Shown here: in pieces, positions 25,857-37,612 of the stretch
Position numbering within the stretch: position 1 is the stretch's first letter
Layout of the letters: every line of letters starts with the position of its first letter
From: Bacteroidales bacterium
GTDB taxonomy: Bacteria; Bacteroidota; Bacteroidia; Bacteroidales; VadinHA17
Direction: 5' to 3'
Assembly (NCBI GenBank): GCA_011620595.1
Contig: WOYX01000009.1
Coordinates: forward strand, 2,069-66,068
Length of the DNA: 64,000 nt
Notes under the pieces: generated by a model
Told to the model about the DNA's origin: nothing
Seen by the model: the letters and a program-made list of their open reading frames with translations, nothing else
The model's database searches: none
Program-made: the position numbers and the translations under genes

Positions 25857-25861
25857 GAAAG

Positions 25862-26167
25862 ATGAGTCAGAAAATTCGCATCAAACTCAAGTCTTACGAT
25901 CATAACCTGGTCGATAAATCGGCAGAAAAGATCGTCAAGACCGTCAAATCGACGGGTGCAGTGGTCAGCGGCCCAATTCCGCTGCCTACCCACAAAAGGA
26001 TATATACGGTGCTCCGCTCCCCGTTCGTGAACAAGAAATCGAGAGAGCAGTTTGAGCTGTCATCATACAAGCGTCTGCTTGACATATACAGCTCCACACC
26101 AAAAACCATCGATGCTCTCATGAAGCTTGAACTGCCCAGCGGGGTAGAGGTGGAAATAAAAGTGTGA
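25862..26167 (+). CDS. rpsJ: 30S ribosomal protein S10
   Basis: 101 aa, [14 protein letters not shown]... is canonical. Confidence 0.97.
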   Translation: MSQKIRIKLKSYDHNLVDKSAEKIVKTVKSTGAVVSGPIPLPTHKRIYTVLRSPFVNKKSREQFELSSYKRLLDIYSSTPKTIDALMKLELPSGVEVEIKV

Positions 26168-26189
26168 TAACCGGAAAATATACTGAATT

Positions 26190-26807
26190 ATGCAGGGATT
26201 AATAGGAAAAAAGGTTGGGATGACCTCCGTCTTCGATGAGAACGGAAGGAACATCCCATGCACAGTCCTGGAGGTAGGCCCTTGTGTCGTCTCCCAGGTG
26301 AAGACTGTGGAGAACGACGGTTATGCGGCATTACAGCTCAGTTTTGACGATAAGAGGGAGAAATCGAGCAACAAGGCTGAGATAGGCCATTTCAAAAAGG
26401 CCGGCACCGGCCCCAAAAGAAAGATAGCCGAGTTCGTCGGGTTCGAAAACGACAAATACAAGATAGGTGATGTCATCACCGTGGATCTGTTTGATGAAGA
26501 TTTATACCTTGATGTCAGAGGATGGACCAAGGGCAAGGGCTTCCAGGGTGTCGTCAAGCGTCACGGCTTCGGCGGCGTGGGAGGCACAACGCACGGCCAG
26601 CACAACAGGCTCAGGGCTCCCGGTTCCATCGGCGCCTCATCATGGCCCTCAAGGGTAATGAAGGGCATGCGCATGGCAGGCCGCACCGGCGGCAGGCAGC
26701 AGGAGACCGAGCTGCGTAAGATAAAGATCATCCCCGAATCAAACATTCTCCTTGTCAAAGGAGCCGTACCGGGCCCCAAGGGTGGTTACGTAATAATTAC
26801 AAAGTAA
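26190..26807 (+). CDS. rplC: 50S ribosomal protein L3
   Basis: 205 aa, [15 protein letters not shown]... is canonical. Confidence 0.97.
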   Translation: MQGLIGKKVGMTSVFDENGRNIPCTVLEVGPCVVSQVKTVENDGYAALQLSFDDKREKSSNKAEIGHFKKAGTGPKRKIAEFVGFENDKYKIGDVITVDLFDEDLYLDVRGWTKGKGFQGVVKRHGFGGVGGTTHGQHNRLRAPGSIGASSWPSRVMKGMRMAGRTGGRQQETELRKIKIIPESNILLVKGAVPGPKGGYVIITK

Positions 26808-27430
26808 TGGAAGCAGCAGTATTCAACATAGACGGAAAAGAGACCGGAAGAAAGGTTACTCTCAACGAGACCATCTTCGGCATTGAACCCAATGACCATG
26901 CTATCTACCTCGATACGAAACAGTACCTGGCAGGTCAGAGACAGGGTACTCACAAGGCCAGGGAACGGGGCGAGGTCATGGGCAGCACACGCAAGCTCAA
27001 GAGACAGAAGGGCACCGGAACAGCACGCGTCGGCAGCATCAAAAACCCGCTGTTCCGGGGCGGCGGCCGTGTCTTCGGCCCCAGACCCAGGTTCTACGGC
27101 TTCAAGCTCAATAAAAAGGTGAAACAGCTGGCCAGAAAATCAGCCCTTTCATACAAGGCAAAAGAGAACCGGATTATCATTCTTGAGGACTTCTCGCTGG
27201 AGACCCCGAAGACCGCTAAAATGGCCGGAGTGAGCGCAAACCTCAATATAATGAATAAAAAATCACTCTTTGTTTTACCGGAACAAAATAAAAATATATA
27301 TTTGTCATCTCGAAATTTGCGGGGAGTTGAAGTTATAACTATCAGTGACTTAAACACTTACAGTATAATGAAAGCCTCAACTCTGGTGCTTACGGAGAGC
27401 GCAGTTGATGTTTTGCAGTCAACATTATAA
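26807..27430 (+). CDS. rplD: 50S ribosomal protein L4
   Basis: 207 aa. It overlaps rplC through TAATG and is in S10 operon order. Confidence 0.95.
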   Translation: MEAAVFNIDGKETGRKVTLNETIFGIEPNDHAIYLDTKQYLAGQRQGTHKARERGEVMGSTRKLKRQKGTGTARVGSIKNPLFRGGGRVFGPRPRFYGFKLNKKVKQLARKSALSYKAKENRIIILEDFSLETPKTAKMAGVSANLNIMNKKSLFVLPEQNKNIYLSSRNLRGVEVITISDLNTYSIMKASTLVLTESAVDVLQSTL

Positions 27431-27444
27431 ACCGGGAGATAGAT

Positions 27445-27735
27445 ATGGAAATTTTACTTAAACCCATAGTGACCGAAAAGATGACCAGCCAGGGCGAGAA
27501 GTTCAACAGGTATGGTTTTCTGGTTGCACGCAAGGCCAACAAGCTCGAGATAAAGAAGGCGGTTGAGGATCTTTACGGCGTCAATGTTGAATCGGTGAAC
27601 ACCATCAACTATGCCGGCAAGAGCAAGACCCGCTATACTAAGTCGGGCATGATGAAGGGACGCACAACAGCAACGAAGAAGGCTGTTGTCACTCTCGCCA
27701 AAGGAGAGACGATTGATTTTTACAGCAATATTTAA
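27445..27735 (+). CDS. rplW: 50S ribosomal protein L23
   Basis: 96 aa. Sequence and position fit L23. Confidence 0.95.
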   Translation: MEILLKPIVTEKMTSQGEKFNRYGFLVARKANKLEIKKAVEDLYGVNVESVNTINYAGKSKTRYTKSGMMKGRTTATKKAVVTLAKGETIDFYSNI

Positions 27736-27741
27736 CACTAT

Positions 27742-28566
27742 ATGGCAGTCAGAAAGATTAATCCTGTAACACCAGGTCAGAGACATAAGATCGCGAGTAC
27801 CTTTGCCGAGGTGACCCGCGAGACGCCGGAGAAATCCTTGCTCGCGCCGCTGAAGAAGTCAGGGGGAAGGAATGTTAACGGCAGACGCACCATGAGGTAT
27901 CTGGGTGGCGGTCACAAGAGGATGTACCGTGTGATCGATTTCCGCAGAGACAAGGATGGCATTGCCGCCAGGGTCACCTCCGTGGAATATGATCCGAACC
28001 GTTCGGCCCGTATAGCCCTTCTGACCTATGCTGACGGTGAGAAGAGGTATATCATTGCTCCCAACGGACTCAGGGTGGGACAGGAGGTGATGTCGGGCAA
28101 GACCGCCACGCCTGACCTGGGCAATACTCTCTTCCTTGAGAACATACCCCTGGGAACGATAGTGCACAATATAGAGCTCAAACCCGGCAAGGGTGCAGCC
28201 CTGGCACGCAGTGCCGGCACCTTTGCGCAGCTGACTGCCCGTGAGGGCAAGTATGCCACCATCAAGCTCCCCTCGGGAGAGACCAGGATGGTGCTCACGG
28301 TATGCCGTGCCACGATAGGAACAGTATCCAACACCGACCACAACCAGGAGAGATCGGGCAAGGCGGGACGCAGCCGCTGGCTGGGACGCAGACCCAGGAC
28401 CAGGGGTGTGGCCATGAACCCCGTTGATCACCCCATGGGCGGTGGTGAAGGAAGAGCCTCGGGAGGCCATCCGCGGTCACGCAACGGCGTGCCCGCCAAA
28501 GGGTACAAGACCAGGAGCCGTACCAAGTATTCGAACAGGCATATTATTGAAAGAAGGAAAAAATAG
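27742..28566 (+). CDS. rplB: 50S ribosomal protein L2
   Basis: 274 aa, ...HPMGGGEGR... is canonical. Confidence 0.97.
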   Translation: MAVRKINPVTPGQRHKIASTFAEVTRETPEKSLLAPLKKSGGRNVNGRRTMRYLGGGHKRMYRVIDFRRDKDGIAARVTSVEYDPNRSARIALLTYADGEKRYIIAPNGLRVGQEVMSGKTATPDLGNTLFLENIPLGTIVHNIELKPGKGAALARSAGTFAQLTAREGKYATIKLPSGETRMVLTVCRATIGTVSNTDHNQERSGKAGRSRWLGRRPRTRGVAMNPVDHPMGGGEGRASGGHPRSRNGVPAKGYKTRSRTKYSNRHIIERRKK

Positions 28567-28574
28567 TTGATACG

Positions 28575-28841
28575 ATGAGCAGATCCATTAAAAAAGGCCC
28601 CTTCATTGACCTTCACCTTGGCAAAAAGGTTGACGCAATGAATGATGGCGGAAAGAAGACCGTGATCAAGACCTGGTCAAGAAGATCGGTTATCTCCCCC
28701 GACTTTGTGGGACACACCCTGGCAGTGCACAACGGAAACAAATTCATACCTGTATACATTACCGAAAATATGGTTGGTCATAAGCTGGGTGAGTTTGCCC
28801 CTACCCGTACCTTCCGCGGTCATGGCGGGAAACAGAAATAG
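28575..28841 (+). CDS. rpsS: 30S ribosomal protein S19
   Basis: 88 aa, [12 protein letters not shown] is canonical. Confidence 0.97.
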   Translation: MSRSIKKGPFIDLHLGKKVDAMNDGGKKTVIKTWSRRSVISPDFVGHTLAVHNGNKFIPVYITENMVGHKLGEFAPTRTFRGHGGKQK

Positions 28842-28886
28842 AACAGAAATAGGTAATGTATCTAAAAAATTGAAAAAGAATTAGAT

Positions 28887-29306
28887 ATGGGTGCAAGAAA
28901 AAGAATAAGCGCTGAAACGAGGAAGGAAGCCGCAAAAGAGAGGACCAGGGCCGTATTGAAAAACGTCCCCACCTCACCGCGCAAGATGAGACTGGTAACT
29001 GATCTTATCAGGGGTCAGGAGGTCAACAGGGCCCTTGACATACTGAAGTTCAGCAAGCAGGAAGCTTCGCGCAGGGTTGAGAAACTGCTTCTCTCGGCCA
29101 TTGCCAACTGGCAGGCCAAGAACGAAGGGTTGCGTCTTGAGGAGAGCGACCTCTACGTCAAGGAGGTGCAGGTCGACGGCGGCCGCATACTCCGCAGGAT
29201 CCGTCCCGCCCCCCAGGGAAGGGCTTACCGCATACGCAAGAGATCAAACCATGTAACCCTTGTGCTGGGTAGCAGGAAACAGGAAACAGCAAACATTTCA
29301 GAGTAA
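28887..29306 (+). CDS. rplV: 50S ribosomal protein L22
   Basis: 139 aa. Sequence and position fit L22. Confidence 0.95.
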   Translation: MGARKRISAETRKEAAKERTRAVLKNVPTSPRKMRLVTDLIRGQEVNRALDILKFSKQEASRRVEKLLLSAIANWQAKNEGLRLEESDLYVKEVQVDGGRILRRIRPAPQGRAYRIRKRSNHVTLVLGSRKQETANISE

Positions 29307-29309
29307 AAG

Positions 29310-30044
29310 ATGGGACAGAAAGTAAATCCGATAGGCAACAGAGTAGGAATCATCAAGGGATGGGACTCCAACTGGTACGGTGGCAGTGACTTTTCAAGCA
29401 AGCTTATTGAGGACACCAGAATCAGGGAATACCTGAATGCCAGGCTTGCAAAGGCAAGCATCTCAAAGATCATCATTGAGCGTACCCTCAAGCTCATCAC
29501 CGTCACCGTCAACACGGCACGCCCCGGCATCATCATCGGCAAGGGAGGCCAGGAGGTTGACAAACTGAAGGAGGAGCTCAAGAAGATCACCAGGAAGGAG
29601 GTTCAGATAAACATCTTCGAGGTGAAGCGTCCTGAGCTTGATGCTGCAATAGTTGCCGGGAACATAGCCCGCCAGGTGGAAGGTAAGATATCCTACCGCC
29701 GCGCCATCAAGATGGCCGTTGCCTCAACGATGCGCATGGGTGCCGAAGGCATCAAGGTGGTGATCTCCGGAAGGCTCGGCGGCGCCGAAATGGCACGCAA
29801 CGAGACCTACAAGGACGGCAGGATTCCTCTGCACACCTTCCGTGCTGACATCGACTATGCTCTTGCCGAGGCCCTCACAAAGGTGGGGCTGATAGGTGTC
29901 AAAGTATGGATATGCAATGGCGAAGTCTATGGCAAGCGTGATCTCAGTCCCAATATCGGAGCCAAGAACCTCAAGGGAGCAAAGGGCGGCCCCCCGGCCG
30001 GAGGCTTCAGGAAAAGAGGCGGCAATAAAAGGGATTCCAGGTAA
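29310..30044 (+). CDS. rpsC: 30S ribosomal protein S3
   Basis: 244 aa, [14 protein letters not shown] is canonical. Confidence 0.97.
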   Translation: MGQKVNPIGNRVGIIKGWDSNWYGGSDFSSKLIEDTRIREYLNARLAKASISKIIIERTLKLITVTVNTARPGIIIGKGGQEVDKLKEELKKITRKEVQINIFEVKRPELDAAIVAGNIARQVEGKISYRRAIKMAVASTMRMGAEGIKVVISGRLGGAEMARNETYKDGRIPLHTFRADIDYALAEALTKVGLIGVKVWICNGEVYGKRDLSPNIGAKNLKGAKGGPPAGGFRKRGGNKRDSR

Positions 30045-30078
30045 CTGAATTATACAATATATTAATAACAACTGAGCG

Positions 30079-30501
30079 ATGTTACAACCGAAGAAGACCA
30101 AATACAGGAGGAGCCAGAAGGGCATGATGAAAGGCAATGCCCAGAGAGGCAATCAGCTGGCATTCGGGTCATTTGGCATCAAAACCCTCGAGGAGGCATG
30201 GATCACCGGCCGTCAGCTTGAGGCCGCACGACAGGCTGTCACCCGTCACATGAAACGTGAGGGACAGATATGGATCCGCGTTTTCCCTGACAAACCCATA
30301 ACCAAGAAGCCTGCAGAGGTGAGAATGGGTAAAGGGAAAGGTGCTCCTGAAGGCTTTGTCGTTCCGGTAACCCCCGGACGCATAATCATAGAGGCCGAGG
30401 GCGTTCCCTTTGATGTGGCCAGGGAGGCACTCCGTCTTGCAGCGCAGAAACTGCCCGTAGCAACAAAATTCGTGGTACGCCGTGATTACGCCGAGGAATA
30501 A
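30079..30501 (+). CDS. rplP: 50S ribosomal protein L16
   Basis: 140 aa, [15 protein letters not shown] is canonical. Confidence 0.97.
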   Translation: MLQPKKTKYRRSQKGMMKGNAQRGNQLAFGSFGIKTLEEAWITGRQLEAARQAVTRHMKREGQIWIRVFPDKPITKKPAEVRMGKGKGAPEGFVVPVTPGRIIIEAEGVPFDVAREALRLAAQKLPVATKFVVRRDYAEE

Positions 30502-30513
30502 AAAATAAGAGCA

Positions 30514-30717
30514 ATGAAGAGTTCAGAGATAAGAGAATTAAGCAACCAGGAGCTTCTCGAGCGCATTGACAACGAGAAGTCCGCACTTGTGCGTATGAAG
30601 CTGAACCATGCCATCTCCCCGCTGGATAATCCCCAGAAGATCAAGGAGAGCAGGAAGTCGATTGCCAGGCTCATGACTGAGAAGCGCAAGAGAGAGATGA
30701 ATGACAAAACAAAATAG
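30514..30717 (+). CDS. rpmC: 50S ribosomal protein L29
   Basis: 67 aa. Sequence and position fit L29. Confidence 0.93.
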   Translation: MKSSEIRELSNQELLERIDNEKSALVRMKLNHAISPLDNPQKIKESRKSIARLMTEKRKREMNDKTK

Positions 30718-30728
30718 CCGCTATCACA

Positions 30729-30986
30729 ATGGAAGAAAGGAAACTTAGAAAAGAGCGTACGGGTGTTGTCGTCAGCAACAAGATGGACAAATCCATCGTC
30801 GTTGCCATCCGCAGAAAGGTCAAGCACCCCATCTACGGCAAGTTCGTCAACCGGACCAGGAAGCTGATGGCTCATGATGAGGAGAACACCTGCAATATTG
30901 GTGATACGGTACGCATAATGGAGACCAGGCCTCTCAGCAAGAACAAAGCCTGGAGATTGGTTGAAATAATTGAAAGAGCTAAGTAA
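30729..30986 (+). CDS. rpsQ: 30S ribosomal protein S17
   Basis: 85 aa. Sequence and position fit S17. Confidence 0.95.
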   Translation: MEERKLRKERTGVVVSNKMDKSIVVAIRRKVKHPIYGKFVNRTRKLMAHDEENTCNIGDTVRIMETRPLSKNKAWRLVEIIERAK

Positions 30987-30988
30987 TT

Positions 30989-31354
30989 ATGATACAGCAG
31001 GAAAGCAGGTTGACTGTTGCCGATAACACAGGTGCCAAGGAGGTTCTTTGCATCAGGGTACTCGGCGGGAGCAAGAAGAGGTATGCAAGCGTGGGAGACA
31101 AGATTGTTGTCTCTGTAAAAAGCGCCATGCCCTCAGGTGAAGCAAAGAAGGGATCGGTAAGCAAGGCTGTGGTGGTGAGAACAAAAAAGGAGATACGCCG
31201 CGCTGACGGATCATATATACGCTTTGATGACAATGCCGTGGTGCTTCTCACCAACCAGGATGAGGTGCGCGGTACCCGTATCTTCGGTCCTGTTGCCAGG
31301 GAACTGCGCGACAAGTACATGAAGATAGTCTCACTTGCACCTGAAGTGTTATAA
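30989..31354 (+). CDS. rplN: 50S ribosomal protein L14
   Basis: 121 aa, [18 protein letters not shown] is canonical. Confidence 0.97.
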   Translation: MIQQESRLTVADNTGAKEVLCIRVLGGSKKRYASVGDKIVVSVKSAMPSGEAKKGSVSKAVVVRTKKEIRRADGSYIRFDDNAVVLLTNQDEVRGTRIFGPVARELRDKYMKIVSLAPEVL

Positions 31355-31372
31355 TTTTTAAACGGACACCCG

Positions 31373-31696
31373 ATGCAGAAGAAACTACATATCAAGAAAG
31401 GAGACACAGTGGCTGTCATTGCCGGTGAATCAAAAGGACAGAAGGGACGTGTCCTTGAGGTTAACAGGGACAAAAGCAAAGCCCTGGTCGAAGGAGTGAA
31501 CCTGGTATCCAGGCATACCAAGCCCAACGCCAAGGCACCACAGGGAGGCATCATCAAGAAGGAGGCTCCCGTGCACATTTCCAACCTCATGGTCATTGAC
31601 CCGGCCAGTGGCAAGCCCACACGCATTGGCCGCAGACTGAACGAGAAGAACAAACTGGTGCGCTTTGCCAAAAAATCAGGAGAGGAGATCAAGTAA
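31373..31696 (+). CDS. rplX: 50S ribosomal protein L24
   Basis: 107 aa with a KOW motif ([19 protein letters not shown]). Confidence 0.95.
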   Translation: MQKKLHIKKGDTVAVIAGESKGQKGRVLEVNRDKSKALVEGVNLVSRHTKPNAKAPQGGIIKKEAPVHISNLMVIDPASGKPTRIGRRLNEKNKLVRFAKKSGEEIK

Positions 31697-32241
31697 TGTA
31701 TACGCCAGCTTTAAAAACAAAATACAAGAGTGAGATCACACCTGAGCTGATGAAACAGTTCAACTACAAGAGTGTGATGCAGGTACCGCGTCTTGAAAAG
31801 ATAGTCATCAACCAGGGGCTCGGTCAGGCTATTGCCGACAAGAAGCTGCTGGAGATGGGAGTGAAGGAGGTGAGTGACATTGCCGGGCAGAAGGCCGTGC
31901 AGACAGTTTCGAAGAAGGACATATCCAACTTCAAACTTCGCAAGGCGATGCCTATCGGCGTTATGGTCACACTCCGCAAAGACCGCATGTATGAGTTCCT
32001 CGAGAGGCTGATAGCCGTGGCCCTGCCGCGGATACGCGACTTCAAGGGTGTCGGTGCCAAACTCGACGGCCGCGGCAACTACACCCTGGGGATCACGGAA
32101 CAGATTATCTTCCCGGAGATCGATATAGACAAGATCGCCAAGATCATGGGACTGCAGATAACCTTTGTCACCACCGCCCGGAGCGATGAAGAGGCCTATG
32201 CCCTGCTCAAACAATTCGGAATACCCTTTAAAAACAAGTAA
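31696..32241 (+). CDS. rplE: 50S ribosomal protein L5
   Basis: 181 aa. Sequence and position fit L5. Confidence 0.96.
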   Translation: MYTPALKTKYKSEITPELMKQFNYKSVMQVPRLEKIVINQGLGQAIADKKLLEMGVKEVSDIAGQKAVQTVSKKDISNFKLRKAMPIGVMVTLRKDRMYEFLERLIAVALPRIRDFKGVGAKLDGRGNYTLGITEQIIFPEIDIDKIAKIMGLQITFVTTARSDEEAYALLKQFGIPFKNK

Positions 32242-32253
32242 ACAGATCGGAAT

Positions 32254-32523
32254 ATGGCTAAAGAATCAATGAAAGCCCGCGAGGTCAAACGCGCCAAACT
32301 TGCAAAAAGATATGCCGCCAGAAGGGCAGCCCTCAAAGCAGAAGGAGACTACATCGCTCTGAGTGCATTGCCGCGCGACTCAAACCCCATCAGGCAGCGC
32401 AACAGGTGCAAGATCACAGGGAGACCGAGAGGCTACATGAGACAGTTTGGCATTAGCAGGATCACATTCAGGGAAATGGCCTCCAAAGGACTCATCCCGG
32501 GCGTAAGAAAGGCAAGCTGGTAA
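32254..32523 (+). CDS. rpsN: 30S ribosomal protein S14 (long form)
   Basis: 89 aa, with ...[26 protein letters not shown]. Confidence 0.95.
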   Translation: MAKESMKAREVKRAKLAKRYAARRAALKAEGDYIALSALPRDSNPIRQRNRCKITGRPRGYMRQFGISRITFREMASKGLIPGVRKASW

Positions 32524-32560
32524 CAACCCGACAGAGATATAAACTTTTAACTACAATAAG

Positions 32561-32956
32561 ATGACAGATCCAATAGCAGATTTTCTTACCAGAGTGAGAA
32601 ATGCCGTAAAAGCCGGACACAAGGTTGTTGAGACCCCGGCTTCCGGTCTGACGAAGGATATCACCAGGATACTCTACGAAAAAGGATACATCCTCAGCTA
32701 TAAGTTCATTGATGATAACCTCCAGGGCAAGATCAAGATCGCCCTCAAGTATCATCCCAAGAGCAAGCTGCCCGCAATCAAATCGATACGCAGGGTGAGC
32801 CGTCCCGGTCTCAGGAAGTACGTAGGCGTTGACAAACTCCCGAGGGTCCTCAACGGACTGGGAATAGCCATTCTCTCAACCTCTGCCGGTGTGATGACCG
32901 AGAAGGAGGCCAAAAAGGAGAATGTCGGGGGTGAAGTAATTTGTTATGTTTATTAA
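32561..32956 (+). CDS. rpsH: 30S ribosomal protein S8
   Basis: 131 aa, MTDPIADFLTRVRNA is canonical. Confidence 0.97.
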   Translation: MTDPIADFLTRVRNAVKAGHKVVETPASGLTKDITRILYEKGYILSYKFIDDNLQGKIKIALKYHPKSKLPAIKSIRRVSRPGLRKYVGVDKLPRVLNGLGIAILSTSAGVMTEKEAKKENVGGEVICYVY

Positions 32957-32973
32957 ACAGGAGGAGGATTCAA

Positions 32974-33528
32974 ATGTCACGAATAGGAAAAATGCCGGTA
33001 TCCCTCCCATCAGGTGTCACTGCTACAGTTGATGATGCCAACGTGGTGACTGTCAGGGGACCGCTGGGAACGCTGTCACAGAAGATTGACGGTGACATAA
33101 GGGTTGAGATTGAAAACAGTGAGCTGGTGCTCTCAAGACCGAATGACGAGAAGAGGCTCAAGTCGCTCCATGGCCTGTACAGAGCCCTGATAGCCAATAT
33201 GGTTGTGGGTGTCTCAAAAGGATACAGGAAGGACCTGGAGCTTGTGGGTGTCGGCTACCGTGCCGAGGCCAACGGTCAGCGTCTGGAGATGAACCTTGGC
33301 TATTCACATGATATTGTATTTGAACTGCCGCAGGAGATAAAGGTCGAAACCAGGACCGAGAAGAGGAGCAACCCCATCATTACCCTGTCGAGCATTGACA
33401 AGCAGCTCATAGGGCATGTGGCAGCAAAGATCAGGTCGCTGCGTCCGCCGGAACCTTACAAAGGCAAAGGGATTAAGTTCGTGGGTGAAAGACTCAGGAG
33501 AAAAGCCGGCAAATCGGCTGGTGTATAA
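32974..33528 (+). CDS. rplF: 50S ribosomal protein L6
   Basis: The internal ATG gives MSRIGKMPVSLPSGV. The ORF-track start at 32941 overlaps rpsH. Confidence 0.95.
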   Translation: MSRIGKMPVSLPSGVTATVDDANVVTVRGPLGTLSQKIDGDIRVEIENSELVLSRPNDEKRLKSLHGLYRALIANMVVGVSKGYRKDLELVGVGYRAEANGQRLEMNLGYSHDIVFELPQEIKVETRTEKRSNPIITLSSIDKQLIGHVAAKIRSLRPPEPYKGKGIKFVGERLRRKAGKSAGV

Positions 33529-33548
33529 CATGATTAAACAGTGATGTC

Positions 33549-33908
33549 ATGGCTTTAACAAAGACAGAAAAGAGAGAAAAGATCAAACTGAGGATCCGCA
33601 GGAGCATAAAGGGCACCCCGGCGAAACCAAGGATTACTGTATACCGCAGTAACAAGCAGATATATATTCAGGCTGTTGATGATGTCAATCGTGTGACACT
33701 TGCTTCGGCATGTTCGAGGGAGAAGGAGATAGCCTCCGTCACGGGCAAGAAGAAGAGTGAGGTAGCTGCGCTGGTGGGCAAGCATTTTGCTGAGGTCTGC
33801 AAGGCCAAAGGCATTGAGAACGTTGTCTTTGACAGAAACGGTTACCAGTATCATGGCAGAGTGAAATCATTAGCTGACGGAGCACGTGAAGGCGGCTTAA
33901 AATTTTAA
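33549..33908 (+). CDS. rplR: 50S ribosomal protein L18
   Basis: 119 aa. Sequence and position fit L18. Confidence 0.95.
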   Translation: MALTKTEKREKIKLRIRRSIKGTPAKPRITVYRSNKQIYIQAVDDVNRVTLASACSREKEIASVTGKKKSEVAALVGKHFAEVCKAKGIENVVFDRNGYQYHGRVKSLADGAREGGLKF

Positions 33909-33913
33909 ACAGT

Positions 33914-34429
33914 ATGGCATACGGAACAAAGCGAATTAAGAACAGTGATCTTGAACTTACCGACAGACTGGTAAGCATCCAGAGGGTAACCAAGGTGACA
34001 AAGGGAGGCCGCACATTCAGCTTCTCGGCCATCGTCGTTGTAGGCGATGAGAAAGGTATAGTGGGTCACGGCCTGGGTAAGGCAAGCGAGGTTACCACTG
34101 CCATTGCCAAGGGCATAGAAGATGCCAAGAAGAACCTCATCAAGGTGCCGGTTTTCAAGGGAACGATACCTCATGAGCAGTACGGCAAATTCGGCGGGGC
34201 ATACGTCTTCATCAAGCCCGCATCGGAAGGAACCGGTGTCAAGGCAGGAGGCGCCATGCGTGCCGTCCTTGAGAGTGTCGGCGTAAGAAACGTGCTGGCC
34301 AAGTCAAAGGGCTCATCAAACCCCCACAACCTTGTAAAAGCCACCATCGCTGCACTGCTTGAGATGCGTGATGCCAGCACTGTGGCTGACCACAGGGGAG
34401 TAACAATGGAAAAAGTATTTAACGGTTAG
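33914..34429 (+). CDS. rpsE: 30S ribosomal protein S5
   Basis: 171 aa, with ...[21 protein letters not shown]. Confidence 0.97.
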   Translation: MAYGTKRIKNSDLELTDRLVSIQRVTKVTKGGRTFSFSAIVVVGDEKGIVGHGLGKASEVTTAIAKGIEDAKKNLIKVPVFKGTIPHEQYGKFGGAYVFIKPASEGTGVKAGGAMRAVLESVGVRNVLAKSKGSSNPHNLVKATIAALLEMRDASTVADHRGVTMEKVFNG

Positions 34430-34440
34430 AAATATCTGCA

Positions 34441-34620
34441 ATGGCAAGAATAAGGATAACCCAGGTAAAAAGCAGGATAGGCCAGCCCGAGAGACAGAAG
34501 AGAATACTCGATGCACTGGGCCTGAAGAAGATGCATCAGACTGTTGAGCATGACGACTCCCCGCAGGTAATGGGTATGGTCAGGAAGCTGGAACACCTGG
34601 TCAGGACTGAGAAAGTATAA
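34441..34620 (+). CDS. rpmD: 50S ribosomal protein L30
   Basis: This 59-aa ORF is not in the track (below its cutoff): MARIRITQVKSRIGQPERQKRILDALGLKKMHQTVEHDDSPQVMGMVRKLEHLVRTEKV. It sits between rpsE and rplO. Confidence 0.9.
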   Translation: MARIRITQVKSRIGQPERQKRILDALGLKKMHQTVEHDDSPQVMGMVRKLEHLVRTEKV

Positions 34621-34649
34621 GGTATTAACTGCATTACATATATTGTACA

Positions 34650-35096
34650 ATGGATTTAAGCAATTTAAAACCGGCACCAGGGTCGGTGAAAAGAGAGAAG
34701 CGCATTGGCCGCGGTGAAGGATCGGGTCGGGGCGGTACCTCAACACGCGGTCACAAGGGTGCCAAATCACGTTCGGGCTATAGCAGGAAAGTCGGCTTTG
34801 AAGGCGGCCAGATGCCGTTGCAGAGACGCGTGCCCAAGTCGGGATTCAAAAACATCAACCGTGTTGAATACAAGGGCATCAATCTGAGTACACTGGAAAA
34901 ACTGGCTGAGAAGCTCAAGAGTGACCGTATAGATATACAGACGATGCTCACCGCCGGTCTTATCAACAAGAACTCACTGGTTAAGATACTCGGCAACGGT
35001 ACGCTGACGAAGAAGCTCGAGGTGCATGCCCATGCTTTCAGCAGGTCAGCCCAGGCAGCAATAGAAGCTAATCAGGGAACCGCAGTTAAACTGTAA
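34650..35096 (+). CDS. rplO: 50S ribosomal protein L15
   Basis: 148 aa. Sequence and position fit L15. Confidence 0.95.
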   Translation: MDLSNLKPAPGSVKREKRIGRGEGSGRGGTSTRGHKGAKSRSGYSRKVGFEGGQMPLQRRVPKSGFKNINRVEYKGINLSTLEKLAEKLKSDRIDIQTMLTAGLINKNSLVKILGNGTLTKKLEVHAHAFSRSAQAAIEANQGTAVKL

Positions 35097-35099
35097 GGC

Positions 35100-36428
35100 A
35101 TGAAATTCATACAGACCATAAAAAACATTTTCAAGATTGAGGATCTGAGAGCAAGGATACTCTACACCCTTGGCATCGTGGCCCTCTACCGTCTGGGTAA
35201 ATATATCACCCTGCCGGGCGTAGACCCGTCAATGCTTGAGAACCTGCAGAGTCAGACATCAAGCGGGATTATGGGACTGCTTGACATGTTCTCCGGCGGA
35301 GCCTTCTCACAGGCATCCATCTTTGCCCTGGGTATCATGCCATATATCTCTGCCTCAATTGTTATACAGCTGCTCGGCATTGTCTTCCCCTACTTCCAGA
35401 AACTGCAGAAGGAGGGTGAGAGCGGCAGACGCAAGATGAACCAGTACACACGGTATCTCACCGTGGCCATACTTATCCTGCAGGCGCCCACATACCTGGC
35501 TAACCTGCATGCCATACTGCCACCGGAGGCCTTTGTGCTCGAGGGGATGTTCTTCAAGGTCTCCTCGGTGATCATTCTCACGGCCGGCACCATATTTGTC
35601 ATGTGGCTTGGCGAAAGAATAACGGATAAAGGTATAGGTAACGGAATTTCACTTATAATCATGGTGGGCATTATTGCCCGCTTCCCCGTCGCATTCGTGT
35701 TTGAGACTGGTACCCGGATCAACGGTTCGGGCGGACTCATCGCATTGCTGATAGAGATAGTATTCCTCTTCATGGTGATACTGGGTTCAGTGCTGCTGGT
35801 ACAGGGCACAAGGAGGATTCCCGTGCAGTATGCCAGGCGCATCGTAGGCAATAAGCAGTACGGCGGCGTCAGACAGTATATACCCCTTAAGGTCAACGCA
35901 GCAGGCGTTATGCCCATCATCTTCGCCCAGGCGATAATGATGCTCCCGATTATCCTCGCCGGATTCAGCGAATCGGGGTCGGGATTCGTGATGGCCTTTA
36001 CCAATATGTACGGATTCTGGTACAACCTGGTCACCGCCCTGCTCATAATACTCTTCACCTACTTCTATACAGCGGTTACAATCAACCCGGTACAGATGGC
36101 TGAAGACATGAAGAAGAACGGCGGTTTTATTCCGGGCATCAAACCCGGGCGCAAGACCGTTGAGTTCATTGACACCATCATGTCAAGGATCACCCTTCCG
36201 GGGTCTATTTTCCTGGCTATCATAGCCATTCTCCCCGCCTTTGCCGTCAACTTTGGCGTCAGCGGTGAGTTCGCACAGTTCTTCGGAGGCACCTCGCTCC
36301 TCATTCTCGTGGGCGTCGTCCTTGATACTCTGCAGCAGATAGAAAGTCATCTGCTTATGCGCCACTATGACGGCCTGATGAAGTCGGGCCGTATCAAGGG
36401 CAGGACCGGAGCCGTAACGGCTATCTGA
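35100..36428 (+). CDS. secY: Preprotein translocase subunit SecY
   Basis: 442 aa with 10 TMs. The sequence is canonical and the gene follows rplO. Confidence 0.97.
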   Translation: MKFIQTIKNIFKIEDLRARILYTLGIVALYRLGKYITLPGVDPSMLENLQSQTSSGIMGLLDMFSGGAFSQASIFALGIMPYISASIVIQLLGIVFPYFQKLQKEGESGRRKMNQYTRYLTVAILILQAPTYLANLHAILPPEAFVLEGMFFKVSSVIILTAGTIFVMWLGERITDKGIGNGISLIIMVGIIARFPVAFVFETGTRINGSGGLIALLIEIVFLFMVILGSVLLVQGTRRIPVQYARRIVGNKQYGGVRQYIPLKVNAAGVMPIIFAQAIMMLPIILAGFSESGSGFVMAFTNMYGFWYNLVTALLIILFTYFYTAVTINPVQMAEDMKKNGGFIPGIKPGRKTVEFIDTIMSRITLPGSIFLAIIAILPAFAVNFGVSGEFAQFFGGTSLLILVGVVLDTLQQIESHLLMRHYDGLMKSGRIKGRTGAVTAI

Positions 36429-36445
36429 TTCCTTTATGTTCTCTG

Positions 36446-37222
36446 ATGATTTATATTAAGACAGATGAGGAGGTAGAGCTCCTGCGACAGAGCAACCTGC
36501 TCGTCTCTCAGACGCTGGCAGAGCTGGCACGGCACATCAGGCCGGGAGTGACAACACTCTATCTTGATGGCATCGCCGAGACCTTTATACGAGATCACGG
36601 CGCCCTGCCCGGTTTCAAGGGATACGCCGGCTTCCCCAATACCCTCTGCACGTCTGTCAATGAAAAGGTGGTTCACGGAATACCGAGTGACTATACCCTG
36701 GAGGAGGGAGACATCATCTCAGTAGACTGCGGTGTGATACTCAACGGCTTCTACGGCGACAGTGCCTATACCTTCCCGGTGGGAGAGGTGAAACCTGAGA
36801 TCATGCGCCTGCTGGAATATACCCGCGCCTCCCTGGAGGCAGGAGTAAAGGAAGCAGTGGTCGGTAATCGCGTGGGGGACATATCCCATGCAGTGCAGAA
36901 AAAGGCCGAAAGCGGAGGCTACTCGGTGGTGCGCACGCTGGTGGGACACGGCCTGGGCAGAAACATGCACGAGGGACCCGAGGTGCCTAACTTCGGTAAA
37001 CGCGGCAGCGGCCCAAGACTGGAAAGGAACCTGGTCATCTGTATAGAGCCGATGATCAACATGGGAACCAAGAACACAAGGATGGCAGCCGACGGATGGA
37101 CAGTAAGTACAGGCGACGGGAAACCGTCAGCCCATTTTGAATATGCTGTCGCGGTCAGGGAGGGTAAAGCTGACCAGCTGACAACATTTGAATTTATAGA
37201 AGAAGTATTAACAAAGAGGTAA
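36446..37222 (+). CDS. map: Type I methionyl aminopeptidase
   Basis: 258 aa. The metal ligand context is DIISVDCGV...GDSAYTF...VGHGLG...EPM. Confidence 0.95.
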   Translation: MIYIKTDEEVELLRQSNLLVSQTLAELARHIRPGVTTLYLDGIAETFIRDHGALPGFKGYAGFPNTLCTSVNEKVVHGIPSDYTLEEGDIISVDCGVILNGFYGDSAYTFPVGEVKPEIMRLLEYTRASLEAGVKEAVVGNRVGDISHAVQKKAESGGYSVVRTLVGHGLGRNMHEGPEVPNFGKRGSGPRLERNLVICIEPMINMGTKNTRMAADGWTVSTGDGKPSAHFEYAVAVREGKADQLTTFEFIEEVLTKR

Positions 37223-37226
37223 CAAT

Positions 37227-37445
37227 ATGGCCAAACAACCATCAATAGAGATTGACGGAACGATCATCGAGGCGTTGTCAAACGCGATGTTCAGGGTCAG
37301 GCTCGAAAACGGACATATAATAACCGCACACATCTCAGGCAAGATGAGAATGCATTATATCAAGATCCTGCCCGGAGACAAAGTCAAGGTGGAGATGTCT
37401 CCCTATGACCTTACTAAAGGAAGAATAACATTCAGATTTAAATAG
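37227..37445 (+). CDS. infA: Translation initiation factor IF-1
   Basis: 72 aa with a canonical S1-like fold sequence. Confidence 0.96.
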   Translation: MAKQPSIEIDGTIIEALSNAMFRVRLENGHIITAHISGKMRMHYIKILPGDKVKVEMSPYDLTKGRITFRFK

Positions 37446-37458
37446 AAAGAAAAGAGCG

Positions 37459-37575
37459 ATGAAAGTAAGAGCATCAGTTAAAAAACGCTCAGCCAACTGC
37501 AAGATAGTGAGGCGTAACGGGCGTCTGTATGTGATAAATAAGAAAAATCCCAAGTTCAAGCAGAGGCAGGGATAA
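37459..37575 (+). CDS. rpmJ: 50S ribosomal protein L36
   Basis: This 38-aa ORF is not in the track: [38 protein letters not shown]. Confidence 0.92.
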   Translation: MKVRASVKKRSANCKIVRRNGRLYVINKKNPKFKQRQG

Positions 37576-37582
37576 ATTTAAT

Positions 37583-37590
37583 TAACTTTG
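37583..37590 (+). promoter_or_regulatory. Candidate internal -7 promoter box (TAACTTTG) ahead of rpsM
   Basis: It matches TAnnTTTG and lies 23 nt upstream of the rpsM ATG, in the rpmJ-rpsM gap. Confidence 0.45.
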
Positions 37591-37612
37591 CACTTCAAAT
37601 TAAAAGAGGTAT

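Noticed and set aside
25856-25862. Absence of tuf between fusA and rpsJ, and of adk between secY and map, as possible deletions
   Set aside because: This gene order is the normal arrangement in Bacteroidota, where tuf sits with the secE-nusG cluster elsewhere. It is not an anomaly.
30979-31692. 237-aa minus-strand ORF across rplN and rplX
   Set aside because: It is antisense to canonical ribosomal protein genes and is a shadow ORF.
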